Assembly (NCBI GenBank): GCA_963782055.1
Contig: CAWAIF010000002.1
Coordinates: forward strand, 448,001 to 512,000
Direction of reading: 5' to 3'
Length of the DNA stretch: 64,000 nucleotides
Source of the DNA: an uncultured delta proteobacterium
GTDB taxonomy: Bacteria > Myxococcota_A > Polyangia > Polyangiales > Polyangiaceae
Shown: one piece after another, positions 17,278 through 28,848 of the stretch
Position numbering within the stretch: the stretch's first letter is position 1
Layout of the letters: each line of letters begins with the position of its first letter
Notes under the pieces: generated by a model
What the model saw: the letters and a program-made list of their open reading frames with translations, nothing else
Told to the model about the DNA's origin: nothing
Database searches by the model: none
Program-made: the position numbers and the translations under genes

Positions 17278-20200
17278 ATGGCGACGGAGGCAACCGACAA
17301 GGACGAGAGCACGGCCGAAGCAGGCCAGGGCCTCGGTGGGGCGCGCGCCGACTTCGTGGCGTCACTCGGGCGCAAGGTCGCCGACGCGCGCAAGGTGCTC
17401 GATGCGCTGGAGGGAGATCCCTCGTCGCCCTCGCACCGCGACGACCTCCGGCGCAAGCTCCACGCGCTCGGCACCAGCGCGCGCATGATGCGCTTCGACG
17501 CGATGGCGCAGGCGCTCGCCGAGGCGGAGGCGCAGCTGGAGGCCGCGGCCGAGACGGGCGGCGCGAGCATGCGCAGCCTGAGCGAGGTCGCCCGCACGCT
17601 GGACGATCTGCCCGCGCTCGCCTGGACGGAGCCGCGGCGCGCGGCCGAGGCCGCGGCGCCGCCGCCGGAGGAGCTGTCGGCCCCGGTCGTCTCGGCGAGC
17701 CCGCCGATGACCGGCCTGGTCGTCGGGCCGGAGTCGGTGGCGGAGGCGCTGGTGGAGGAGGCCGAGGGCGGCGTCGGGTCGCGCGCGCTGGAGTGCGAGC
17801 GCACGGAGGACGCGCAGGCGGCGCTCGGCCTCGCCCGCTCCTACGCCCCCGACGTGGTGATCCTCGACGCGAGCGTCCCCGACGCCGGCGAGCTCATCGA
17901 GGCGCTCGCCGACGACCCGCTCACCGAGCCGGTGCCGGTCGTCGTCGTCGGCAAGCTGGATCACGCCGCGGTGGCGCGGTTCACAGCGCTCGGCGTGGCG
18001 CGCACCGTCACCGAGCCGTACACCGGCGAGGCGCTCCGGAGCATCTGCGAGGAGGTCGTGGATCAGCGGGAGGGGCGCACCGTGCGCATGTCGCTCGGCG
18101 AGCCGACGATCGAGCAGCTCGGGGACCGGCTCGCCGACGAGCTGCGCCGCGCGCTGGTGGACTCGGTGGACGTGCTCTCCCGCGCCAAGCGCGTCTCGCT
18201 CGGCGAGGGCACCGAGGTGATGGCCGCGCTCTGGGGCGCCATCGCGCGCGTGCGCGAGGTGGTCACGGCGCGCACCGGTGGCGGCGTGCGCTTCGCCGGC
18301 CGCGGGCCGGAGGGCTCGGTCGCGCTGGCCTTCCAGCCGGAGGTCCCCGGGGCCGACCGCACGCGTCGCCGCGGGGCCGCCGCCGACGTGTCGCTGGAGG
18401 GGCGGCGCGTCGTCGTGGCCGACGACAATCCTGGCGTGACCTGGTTTCTCTCCGACCTGCTGCGCACCACCGGCTGCGTGGTCCACGAGGCGCTCGACGG
18501 CGAGACAGCCCTCGACCTCGCGCTGCGTCTCTCCCCCGACGTGGTCATCAGCGACATCCTGATGCCCAAGATGGACGGCTTCGCCCTCTCGCGCGCGCTC
18601 AAGCGCGACGTCGCGCTGCGGGACATGCCGGTCATCCTGCTCTCGTGGAAGGAGGACCTGCTCCAGCGCGTGCGCGAGCTCGGCGCGAGCGCCGCCGCGT
18701 ACCTGCGCAAGGAGAGCGACGCCCGCGCCATCCTCGCCCGCGTGCGCGAGGTGCTCTGGCCGCGCGCGCGCGTGGAGGCGCGCCTCAAGGGCACCGGCGA
18801 GGTGCGCGGCCGCCTGGACGGCCTCACGGTGCGCTCGCTGCTGGAGTTCGTCTCGGTGCTGCGCCAGAACGCGCGCGTGTCGGTGCGCGACGCCTCGTGC
18901 CTCTACGAGGTGGAGCTGCGCGACGGCGCGCCGCGCCGGGCCACGCGCACCGCCGGGGACGGCGGCTTCCTGCGCGGACCGAGGGTGCTCGGCGAGATGC
19001 TGGGTATCGGCGCGGGGCGCTTCGTGGTCGCGCCGGCGACGCCCGGGGCGATGCAGGGCGGGCTCTCCGGCACGCTTCACGAGCAGCTCCAGCACCACAT
19101 CGCCGCCGCGCGCGGCGCCATGGCCACGACGACGGGCGCGCAGACCACGCGCGTCGCCCGCGTCACGCTGGACCCCGACGCGCTGGAGACCTACCTGCGC
19201 GCCACGCCGGAGCCGGCGCGCAGCCTCATCGTGCGCATCGCCAAGGGCGCGTCGCCGCGCGACTTGCTGCTGGAGGGCCGCGTCGTGCCGAGCCTGTTGG
19301 ACGACGTGCTCGTCGACCTCGCCGCGCGCGGGGCGATGACCGCGGTCGTCGACGAGGAGGGGCAGGACCTGCTCGGGCCGGCGGTGGAGTCGGCGCTCGC
19401 CACCCTTCGCGGCAGCCCGCCGCGCAACGCCGCGCCGCTCACCGCGCTGCGCTCCAGCGCGATGCCGCCGCCGATGCTGGGCAACGACAAGGATCGCGGC
19501 CCGCCCGCGACGACCGAGACGTCCGTCGCCACCTCGCTCCAGGAGCTCATCGAGCAGGAGAAGAGGGAGCGGGCCTCGGTCCCGCCGCCCGCGGCCTCGT
19601 CGTCGGAGCCGCCCTCCTCCCTGGAGGACGCCGTGATGCAGGAGCTCGGCGAGCGCTCGCCGGAGCCTGTCGCCGCCGAGCACCGCTCGTCGCCCCTGCC
19701 GCCGCCCATCGTGGAGCCGAGCGCGCTCAAGCCGCGCGTCTCGTCCTCGCCGCCGGAGAAGCCGGCGTCCAACCCGCCCGCGACGCACGCGAAGGCCGAC
19801 GAGCCCACCGAGGCGGAGACGGTCTACGAGGCGAAGGTGGCCACGCCGGAGGTGCCGGTCACCACCGGGACGCCGGCGGACGTCAGCGCGGTGGCGGATC
19901 GCACCGAGCCCGCGGCGCCGGTGCACAGCGTCGAAGAGGAAGAAGAGGACGAAGAAGAAGAAGAGGAAGAGGAAGAGGGAGCAGGAGAGGAGCAGCCCGA
20001 CGGCACCGAGCCGGTGCCGCTGACGCGCCCGGCGGACGAGGAGACCGCGCCGAAGAAGGTGGCGGTGCCGGTGCCGTCGAGCGCGACCACGCAGAAGGGC
20101 GGCAGCGCCTGGTGGCTGGTGGTGATCGTGGGGATCGCGCTGGCGACGTGGCTGGCCATCCGCTTCTCGGTCACCCCGGCGCCGCCGGAGCCTACCTCCC

Positions 20201-20454
20201 ACGGCGCCGCCGCCGAGCAGGGCCTCTCGGTCGACTACGGCGACGTTCCCCCCGGCGTCACCGTGCCGGACGGCCAGGGCTGGCTCGCCGTGGAGAGCGA
20301 GGACCAGTCGGTGCTGGTGGACGGCGTCGTCACGGGTCGCGGCACAGTGGGCGTCCCCCTGCCGCCGGGTCGTCATGATGTGCGGGTGGGCGGCCGCGAT
20401 TGGTCGGTCGACGTGCGCGCCGGGCAGAGCGTGCGCGTCCACCTCACGCCCTGA
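17278..20454 (+). CDS. Multidomain response regulator (HPt-like, pseudo-REC, REC, DUF4388-like, Pro/Glu linker, TM, PEGA-like)
   Basis: LHALGTSA; VVVADD...VISDILMPKMDG...YLRK; RGRLDGLTVRSLL; poly-Glu tract; TM WWLVVIVGIALATWLAI. Confidence 0.8.
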   Translation: MATEATDKDESTAEAGQGLGGARADFVASLGRKVADARKVLDALEGDPSSPSHRDDLRRKLHALGTSARMMRFDAMAQALAEAEAQLEAAAETGGASMRSLSEVARTLDDLPALAWTEPRRAAEAAAPPPEELSAPVVSASPPMTGLVVGPESVAEALVEEAEGGVGSRALECERTEDAQAALGLARSYAPDVVILDASVPDAGELIEALADDPLTEPVPVVVVGKLDHAAVARFTALGVARTVTEPYTGEALRSICEEVVDQREGRTVRMSLGEPTIEQLGDRLADELRRALVDSVDVLSRAKRVSLGEGTEVMAALWGAIARVREVVTARTGGGVRFAGRGPEGSVALAFQPEVPGADRTRRRGAAADVSLEGRRVVVADDNPGVTWFLSDLLRTTGCVVHEALDGETALDLALRLSPDVVISDILMPKMDGFALSRALKRDVALRDMPVILLSWKEDLLQRVRELGASAAAYLRKESDARAILARVREVLWPRARVEARLKGTGEVRGRLDGLTVRSLLEFVSVLRQNARVSVRDASCLYEVELRDGAPRRATRTAGDGGFLRGPRVLGEMLGIGAGRFVVAPATPGAMQGGLSGTLHEQLQHHIAAARGAMATTTGAQTTRVARVTLDPDALETYLRATPEPARSLIVRIAKGASPRDLLLEGRVVPSLLDDVLVDLAARGAMTAVVDEEGQDLLGPAVESALATLRGSPPRNAAPLTALRSSAMPPPMLGNDKDRGPPATTETSVATSLQELIEQEKRERASVPPPAASSSEPPSSLEDAVMQELGERSPEPVAAEHRSSPLPPPIVEPSALKPRVSSSPPEKPASNPPATHAKADEPTEAETVYEAKVATPEVPVTTGTPADVSAVADRTEPAAPVHSVEEEEEDEEEEEEEEEGAGEEQPDGTEPVPLTRPADEETAPKKVAVPVPSSATTQKGGSAWWLVVIVGIALATWLAIRFSVTPAPPEPTSHGAAAEQGLSVDYGDVPPGVTVPDGQGWLAVESEDQSVLVDGVVTGRGTVGVPLPPGRHDVRVGGRDWSVDVRAGQSVRVHLTP

Positions 20455-20463
20455 GCGCTCCCG

Positions 20464-22737
20464 GTGGAGCGACGAGGCACAACGCGGCGAGGGTGGGCGA
20501 TCATCGCGCTCGCGCTGGCGTGCGGGTGCCATCACGACCACCCGCCGGCCGCCAGCGACGCCGCGACGCCCCCGCCGCCGTCGCCGAGCGCGACGGCCGC
20601 CGCGCCGTCGGTCCGCACCGTCTTCGACCCGCTCGCCACCGGGCAGTCCTCCTGCGTGCTGGGTCATCACGGCGTGCTGCTCGACCTGGGCATCCCCGCG
20701 CTGCGTCCGGAGCTCGGCATCGCCCACGCCACCGGCCTGGAGGCGACCGAGCGCCAGGGGTCCACCTGGGAGCGCATCAGCGCGCGCTCGCTCACGCTGC
20801 GGTTCATCGGACCCACCGACGCGCCGCCCCTCCCGCCGGATGGCGGCAAGGCGGAGGTCTACGTCGACATGCGCGTGCGCGGCCTGGGCGCGCGCTCGCT
20901 CAGCGTCTACCTCAACGGCAAGGCGATCGGCGCCATCCGTCTCTCGCGCGGCGAGGAGATCCGGAGCGTGCACTCGCCGGTGCCCAGCATCGCCTCGGGC
21001 GACAACGAGCTCCTGCTCCGCGTCAACGGCATGCCCAAGGGGAGCGCGGACGCCGGCGTGGAGGTGGACTGGGTGCGCGTGGGCACCGAGCCGGCGCCGG
21101 AGTACGCGGCGCCCACCTTCAGCGACGCCACCATGAGCGCCGCCGTCGGCGGCGTGACGCGTCGCGCGCTGGCCCTCCGCGCGCCGGGCTACCTCCGCTG
21201 CAGCGGCCCCATCCCTCACGGCGCCACCGTCGACCTGCAGCTCGGGGTCCTGGGGCGCGGGGCTGCGGACGTGGAGGTGCGCGTGCTCCGCGATCGCAAG
21301 CTCCCCCTGGTGCTGGGCACCTACCACGCCACGGATCAGGGCGGCTGGCGCGCCATCCACGTGCCCGTCCCGGAGGCCGCCACGGGCACGCTGGGTGCGG
21401 TCGAGATCGCCGCGGTGCGCGCGAGCGAGGGGTCGCGCGTGCTGCTGGGCGAGCCGCGCGTCACCGTCCCGCTACCGAAGGCGCCGCCCGCCGCGCCCGC
21501 CCGCGGCGTGGTGCTGCTGGTGCTCGGGCAGATGCCGCCCTCGATGCTCTCGCCCTTCGGCGGGGCGGCGGCCACGCCGGAGCTCGGCGAGCTGATGAAG
21601 TCCTCGTACGTCTTCGACGGCGCGCGCGCCACGACCACGTGGCCGGCGGGATCGCTCGCGTCGATGCTCACCGGCCTCTTGCCGCGCGACCACGGCGTGG
21701 TGGACGACCTGTCGCGGCTCTCGTCACGGGTGACCACCATCGCCGACGCCGCCCGCGACGCCGGCGTCTCCACCGCGTACTTCACCGCCAACCCGACGAC
21801 CACCGCGGCGTTCGGCTTCGACCGCGGGTGGCAGACGTACGCCGCGTACCTGCCCGGCGCGCAGGGCGGGGCCTCCCGCGTGGTGGAGGAGGCGACGAAG
21901 TGGATCGCCGCGCACAAGTCGGACCGCTTCCTCGTGGTCATCCACGCGCGCGGCGGGCATCCACCGTGGGACATCCCCGCCGCGGCGCTCGGCGCGATGC
22001 CGCCGGACGGCTACGGCGGCGCGATCGATCCCGTCCACGCCGCGGAGATGATGGCGAAGGCGCGCCACGTCCCCCCGCTGGTGCGCTTCACCGACGACGA
22101 CCGCACCCGCGCGATGGCGATCTACACGCTCGCGGTGAAGGGCCAGGACGCCGCGCTCGCCCGGCTGCGCGCGGGACTGCGCGACGCGGGTCGGGACGGC
22201 GACACCATGCTCGTGGTCGCCGGGGACACCGGCCTGAGCGACGCCGCGCGCGTTCCCTTCGGCGACGGCGAGCCGCTCGATGACCGCGCCCTGGCCTCCC
22301 TGATGGTGGTGCGTCCACCGGGGGGCGTCGCCGGCGCCCGCGTGCCCGCGCCCGTCTCCACGCTGGACGTGGCGCGCACGGTGCTGAGCGCGCTGGGGCT
22401 CACCCCGCCGTCATCCTTCCACGGCGTGGACCTGCGTCGCTCGGCCGTGGCGGCGGACGACGCGCGCTGCCTGGACGCCCAGCTCGGCCCCAGGCGCTTC
22501 AAGAAGTGCTTCGGTTTCGTCTGGCACGGCGAGGCTCGCAGGGAAGAGCTCTGTGACCTCACGCTCGACCCCGCCTGCGGGACCGATGTCTCCGAGTCCT
22601 ACCCTTACGCGGCCGAGGTGATGCGCCGGGTGACCATCACCGCGGACCAGGACGCCGCCGGGGACATCCCCCCGAGGGAGCCCGCCAGGCTGGACGCGCC
22701 GACCCTCGCGGCGCTCTCGGTGTGGGGGCGCTTGTGA
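20464..22737 (+). CDS. Sulfatase/alkaline phosphatase-superfamily lipoprotein, probably degenerate
   Basis: Lipobox-like ALAC(GC); ASMLTG, FGFDRGW, H.P, VSTLDVARTVL; catalytic motif altered. Confidence 0.75.
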   Translation: MERRGTTRRGWAIIALALACGCHHDHPPAASDAATPPPPSPSATAAAPSVRTVFDPLATGQSSCVLGHHGVLLDLGIPALRPELGIAHATGLEATERQGSTWERISARSLTLRFIGPTDAPPLPPDGGKAEVYVDMRVRGLGARSLSVYLNGKAIGAIRLSRGEEIRSVHSPVPSIASGDNELLLRVNGMPKGSADAGVEVDWVRVGTEPAPEYAAPTFSDATMSAAVGGVTRRALALRAPGYLRCSGPIPHGATVDLQLGVLGRGAADVEVRVLRDRKLPLVLGTYHATDQGGWRAIHVPVPEAATGTLGAVEIAAVRASEGSRVLLGEPRVTVPLPKAPPAAPARGVVLLVLGQMPPSMLSPFGGAAATPELGELMKSSYVFDGARATTTWPAGSLASMLTGLLPRDHGVVDDLSRLSSRVTTIADAARDAGVSTAYFTANPTTTAAFGFDRGWQTYAAYLPGAQGGASRVVEEATKWIAAHKSDRFLVVIHARGGHPPWDIPAAALGAMPPDGYGGAIDPVHAAEMMAKARHVPPLVRFTDDDRTRAMAIYTLAVKGQDAALARLRAGLRDAGRDGDTMLVVAGDTGLSDAARVPFGDGEPLDDRALASLMVVRPPGGVAGARVPAPVSTLDVARTVLSALGLTPPSSFHGVDLRRSAVAADDARCLDAQLGPRRFKKCFGFVWHGEARREELCDLTLDPACGTDVSESYPYAAEVMRRVTITADQDAAGDIPPREPARLDAPTLAALSVWGRL

Positions 22738-22748
22738 GGACGCGCCGG

Positions 22749-22835
22749 CGGAGAGAGAGGGATTCGAACCCTCGGTACCCTTGCGGGCACACATGATTTC
22801 CAGTCATGCACCTTCGGCCACTCGGTCATCTCTCC
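22749..22835 (-). tRNA. tRNA-Ser(GGA)
   Basis: GGAGAGA/TCTCTCC acceptor stem, CATGA-CT-GGA-AA-TCATG anticodon arm, long variable arm, GGTTCGAATCC, G73; no encoded CCA. Confidence 0.97.
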
Positions 22836-22992
22836 AGGGCCGGTCCTCATAGCACGGGTTTTGGCCGGAAGCCGAGCCCGAAGCCCCGCCCCCGCGCGCC
22901 CCGCTCCGCGGCCCGACCGCATTTCTCCCTGAAGGACGTTCCGCCCCCGACCGTCTTGACAACGCCCGGGCCAATCCAGCAGGTTGCGCGGC

Positions 22993-23079
22993 GGAGAGAT
23001 GACCGAGAGGCCGAAGGTGCCTGATTCGAAATCAGGTGTGCCCGCAAGGGTACCAGGGGTTCGAATCCCCTTCTCTCCG
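22993..23079 (+). tRNA. tRNA-Ser(CGA)
   Basis: CCTGA-TT-CGA-AA-TCAGG anticodon arm, long variable arm, GGTTCGAATCC, G73; no encoded CCA; TTGACA at 22956-22961 upstream. Confidence 0.97.
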
Positions 23080-23134
23080 CCGAGCTGACCTGCCGCGGCC
23101 ACCGCGCGCGAGGACGTGGACGGGAGGGAGAACC

Positions 23135-23839
23135 TCAGTCCACGCAGGTCACCGCGAGCCTCACGCGGCCTGCCGTCCGCGTGTGGGTCCCCGCGCGCAC
23201 CCGCGCGAGGCACCCGAAGTTCTGCGTGTGCGCCGAGCAACGCCCGACGAGGCGGTAGCTCTCGGCGTCGATGTCCTCGACCTGCGGCTCCAGGCAGTCC
23301 CCCTCGCACTCGCTCGCGTCGTGGCACACCCTCCCGGCGTCGGTCGTGCGGCAGTCGCAGCCCTCGCTCTGCATCATGCCCCACCGCCCCCACGTGCCGT
23401 GACACGCGTCGCACGCCGCCAGGGCCTTCTCCCGCGCCAGGTCGCGCACGCGCGCGGTGGTGCGGGCGGCGACGGCCGCGCCGAAGCGGTCGCGCAGGCT
23501 GACCACCACGCTCCACGAGCCCGCCCCGTAGACCTGCGGGGAGACCTTCCACGTGCCGTGCGCCGGGACGGTGGTCGTCGGGTAGTCCCACCGGATGGTG
23601 GCGTCCGCCCCCGCGCGGCTGGCCGTGATGCTCTGCAGGGTGACGGGCGTGTCGCCGCCGTTGGCGATCGTCAGCGGGAGCCCGGCCGCGCACGGCGCGG
23701 CTGCGGGGCAGTCGACCTCCGCGGGGGCCGTCACCGAGATCACCGACGCGGCGGCGGGCGCGGTCGTCGGGGCGGGCTCCACGCTGGAGCCGCAGGCGAG
23801 CAGCAGGACGGTGAGCACGCACGCGAGACGGGAGCGCAT
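23135..23839 (-). CDS. Cys-rich hypothetical lipoprotein
   Basis: Lipobox LLAC; Ig-like segment; C-terminal CDCRTTDAGRVC....EC.G.C. Confidence 0.7.
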   Translation of the reverse strand: MRSRLACVLTVLLLACGSSVEPAPTTAPAAASVISVTAPAEVDCPAAAPCAAGLPLTIANGGDTPVTLQSITASRAGADATIRWDYPTTTVPAHGTWKVSPQVYGAGSWSVVVSLRDRFGAAVAARTTARVRDLAREKALAACDACHGTWGRWGMMQSEGCDCRTTDAGRVCHDASECEGDCLEPQVEDIDAESYRLVGRCSAHTQNFGCLARVRAGTHTRTAGRVRLAVTCVD

Positions 23840-23890
23840 GTCACAGAGGACAGCCGCGGGGCGCGAACGTTCCTCACCGCGCGGAGGCGG

Positions 23891-24841
23891 TCACTGCGCG
23901 GGGGCCTTGGGCGGCGCGAGGACGGTGCCGGGAATGCCGTACATCGGGTCGGTGCCGTCCAGCGGGACCACCTTGTTGCCGACCAGGTCCTGCACGTCCA
24001 CCGAGACCTCCACCGCCACGTTCATCGGCTCGTAGGAGCGCAAGCCCAGGTCGAAGCCGGTGATCGCCGGCACCACCGCGGGGATGTACGGGGTGATGAG
24101 CGGGTCGTAGCCGTTGGACCGGTTCTGCAGGTTGAAGACGTGGTTGAAGAGGGCGTTGCCGCTGGTGCCGTTGGGATCGTTCGCGTTGGCCGGCGGGTTG
24201 GCGTTGATGTTCATCACCGTCGCCAGGTCCACCGCCAGCTCGTGCGTGTCGTCGGGGGTGAGGGTGCCCTCGGTGCGCGACTTCGGCTGCAGGACGAAGA
24301 ACTTGTCGTACCCGGAGAGGTCGGGGAGCGTCTCCTCGTCGCTGATGATCTGGATGCCCGGCTGGTAGCGGACGAACTCGTTCCACGGGTCGACGAGCAG
24401 CTCCACCGAGTGCTTCTTGTCGTCCAGGTTGGTGATCGTGTAGCGGATCGTGACCTTGACGTCGTCGACCTTGATCCACGGCTCGCGCGGGTACGGCGCC
24501 GCCTTGCCGAGCTTCGCCTTCTCGTCGGCGTTGGGGCGGCGCATGCGCAGGCCGTCCTTGCCGTCCGCCCACTGGACCGGCGTCTGCACCTGGTAGATCG
24601 TCATCTGGCCGTCGGAGTAGTACGAGGCCATCTGGTCATCCATGCCGACGACGGTGGGCGTGGTCACCTGACCGTCCGCTCCCCCACACGCCCCGACACT
24701 GGCGGCCAGGGCGGCGAGCACGACGAGGGCAGGGAGGTGGGGGCGAAGGCCCACGCGCCTGGGGGGCGGCGCCCCGGGTGCTTCCGGAGAGACGTGTGCG
24801 TTCGAGGCGTTTTCCTGCATCCGCGGGTCATGCGCGTCCAT
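23891..24841 (-). CDS. Hypothetical lipoprotein
   Basis: Lipobox VGAC; strong coding-like codon bias; ATG 24841 preceded by purine-rich GAAGAGAGGG. Confidence 0.75.
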   Translation of the reverse strand: MDAHDPRMQENASNAHVSPEAPGAPPPRRVGLRPHLPALVVLAALAASVGACGGADGQVTTPTVVGMDDQMASYYSDGQMTIYQVQTPVQWADGKDGLRMRRPNADEKAKLGKAAPYPREPWIKVDDVKVTIRYTITNLDDKKHSVELLVDPWNEFVRYQPGIQIISDEETLPDLSGYDKFFVLQPKSRTEGTLTPDDTHELAVDLATVMNINANPPANANDPNGTSGNALFNHVFNLQNRSNGYDPLITPYIPAVVPAITGFDLGLRSYEPMNVAVEVSVDVQDLVGNKVVPLDGTDPMYGIPGTVLAPPKAPAQ

Positions 24842-24868
24842 GGGGGGCCCTCTCTTCGTAGTGTGACT

Positions 24869-24884
24869 TGCCAGAGCCGTGCCG
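24869..24884 (-). promoter_or_regulatory. Putative sigma54 (-24/-12) promoter
   Basis: CGGCACGGCTCTGGCA (GG-N10-GC) about 28 nt upstream of ATG 24841. Confidence 0.5.
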
Positions 24885-24917
24885 TCCATCGTCGTCGAGG
24901 CGGCACGCGCCGCCCGC

Positions 24918-27194
<2,277 letters not shown>

Positions 27195-27274
27195 GTGTCC
27201 GAAAATGGGACACCCTGCGGGCGCCGTGGTCAAGCCGATGTGCCGCGCGTCGCCGGATGGGATATGGAGTCGGC

Positions 27275-28147
27275 GTGACCGAGCCGCTCTTGATCGCCGA
27301 ACGCGCGCGTGTCGACGTGGACGGTTCGCCCGTCCTGGACGGTCTCGACCTGCGCACGACGGGCGCGGCGGTGGCGATCGTCGGCGCCCCGCGCGCGCTG
27401 TTCGAGGCGGTGGCCGGCATGCGCCCGGTGCGCAGCGGGGCGCTGCGGGTCGCCGGGGCGAGCCCGGAGACGGCGCTCGCCGAGGTGCGGGCCGCGGCGT
27501 CCACGCGCGAGCTGGCCACGCCGCCGGGCTGGTCGGCGCACGACCTGGCGTGGTGGAGCGCGCGGCTGGTGGGTCACGGCGCGGCCGCCGCCCGCGCGAA
27601 CGCCGCCGAGGCGGTCGAGCGTCTGCAGATGGCGGCCACGGCCGCCACGCCGCTCAAGCGGGCGCCGGAGCACGTGCGGCGTGTCGCTTCGGTGGCGGCG
27701 GCGCTCGCGACCGGCGCGCCCCTGCTCCTGCTGGAGGACCCGACGGAGGGCCTGGCCCTGGACGTGGCCCGGACGGTGGCGCGGCTGGTGTGCGGCGCGC
27801 TGGAGGGGCGGTCGTGGGTGCTCTTCGCCTCCCGCCTGCGGATGACCTCGCCCTTCGCGCACCACAGCGACGAGGTGCTGCTGCTCTCCGGCGCGCGCGT
27901 GCTGAGCAGCGGGCCGCCGGCAGAGCTGGCCACGCGCGACCGGCAGTGGTCGGTCCGGGTGGAGGGCGCGGGTCGCGAGGCGCTCGCCGGCCGCCTGCGC
28001 GACCGCGGGGCGAAGGTGGACGAAGACGCCGGCGCGTGGGTGGTGGATCTGCCGGAGGGGCTGGAAGCGCGCGACGTGGTGGCGATGGCGACGGAGGAGC
28101 ACGCCCTGCTGCTGGAGATCACGCCGATCGCTCCCGCCTTCGCGTAG
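27275..28147 (+). CDS. Degenerate ABC-transporter ATP-binding-like protein
   Basis: ABC-like layout (VLDGLDL...AIVG...SGALRVAG...VAAAL...LLLLEDP) but Walker A, signature and H-loop are absent. Confidence 0.65.
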   Translation: MTEPLLIAERARVDVDGSPVLDGLDLRTTGAAVAIVGAPRALFEAVAGMRPVRSGALRVAGASPETALAEVRAAASTRELATPPGWSAHDLAWWSARLVGHGAAAARANAAEAVERLQMAATAATPLKRAPEHVRRVASVAAALATGAPLLLLEDPTEGLALDVARTVARLVCGALEGRSWVLFASRLRMTSPFAHHSDEVLLLSGARVLSSGPPAELATRDRQWSVRVEGAGREALAGRLRDRGAKVDEDAGAWVVDLPEGLEARDVVAMATEEHALLLEITPIAPAFA

Positions 28148-28178
28148 CGAAGCCGATTTTTGTTGTACCTTTGCTTGC

Positions 28179-28838
28179 ATGACCACCCCCGTGCATCGAC
28201 CCTCCGACGCTCTGGGCGCGGCGCATGCTCGCGTCGAGCCGAGCCGGGTGAGCAGCTACGTGATGATGGGCGCGCTCGCCGGCGCGGTCGCGCTGCCCTT
28301 CGTCCCCGGCTCGCTGACGGTGCGCGTGCGCGGTGCGCTGCTGTACGACGTCGCCTCGCGCTACGGGCTCTCCATCACCCCCGACGCGCGGCGCGTGCTC
28401 TCCGCGCCCGGCCTCGCCGAGGGTCCGCAGGGGCTCGTCGGCGCGGCGGTGCGCTTCGCCACCACGCGTGTCTTCGCGCGTCTCGGTCCGCTCACCGTCA
28501 TCCCGCCCATCCGCAGCGCCATCTTCACCTTCGCGCTGGGCCACCTCTTCGAGCGGTATCTCTCCACGCAGCGCGAGTCGCGCGCGGTGCGGGTGGACGA
28601 GACGGAGGCGCGCCGCGTGCGTCGCGCCGTCGATCACGCCATCGTCGGGCTGGTCAGCACGCCCGCCCGCCCGGAGGATCGCACCGAGGCGGCGCCGGAG
28701 GAGCTGCGCGATCAGATCACCCAGGCCACTGACGGCTTGCTGGTGATCGCCGCCGGGCTCCCCGCCTGGATCGTGCGGCGTCTGGACGCGGCGTTCGACG
28801 CGGCCATGGCCGAGGGCGCGCCTCCCACGGGGGGCTGA
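28179..28838 (+). CDS. Hypothetical protein (DUF697-like)
   Basis: GALAGAVALPFVP and TFALGHLFERY helical pattern. Confidence 0.6.
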   Translation: MTTPVHRPSDALGAAHARVEPSRVSSYVMMGALAGAVALPFVPGSLTVRVRGALLYDVASRYGLSITPDARRVLSAPGLAEGPQGLVGAAVRFATTRVFARLGPLTVIPPIRSAIFTFALGHLFERYLSTQRESRAVRVDETEARRVRRAVDHAIVGLVSTPARPEDRTEAAPEELRDQITQATDGLLVIAAGLPAWIVRRLDAAFDAAMAEGAPPTGG

Positions 28839-28848
28839 CCCGCGCTCG

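Noticed and set aside
22749..23079. tRNA integration site of a prophage or island
   Set aside because: No integrase and no duplicated tRNA 3' end found in the window
5994..23079. Functional linkage between miaE and the tRNA-Ser pair
   Set aside because: Both tRNAs have A36-A37-A38, but they are 16 kb away with unrelated genes between; likely coincidental
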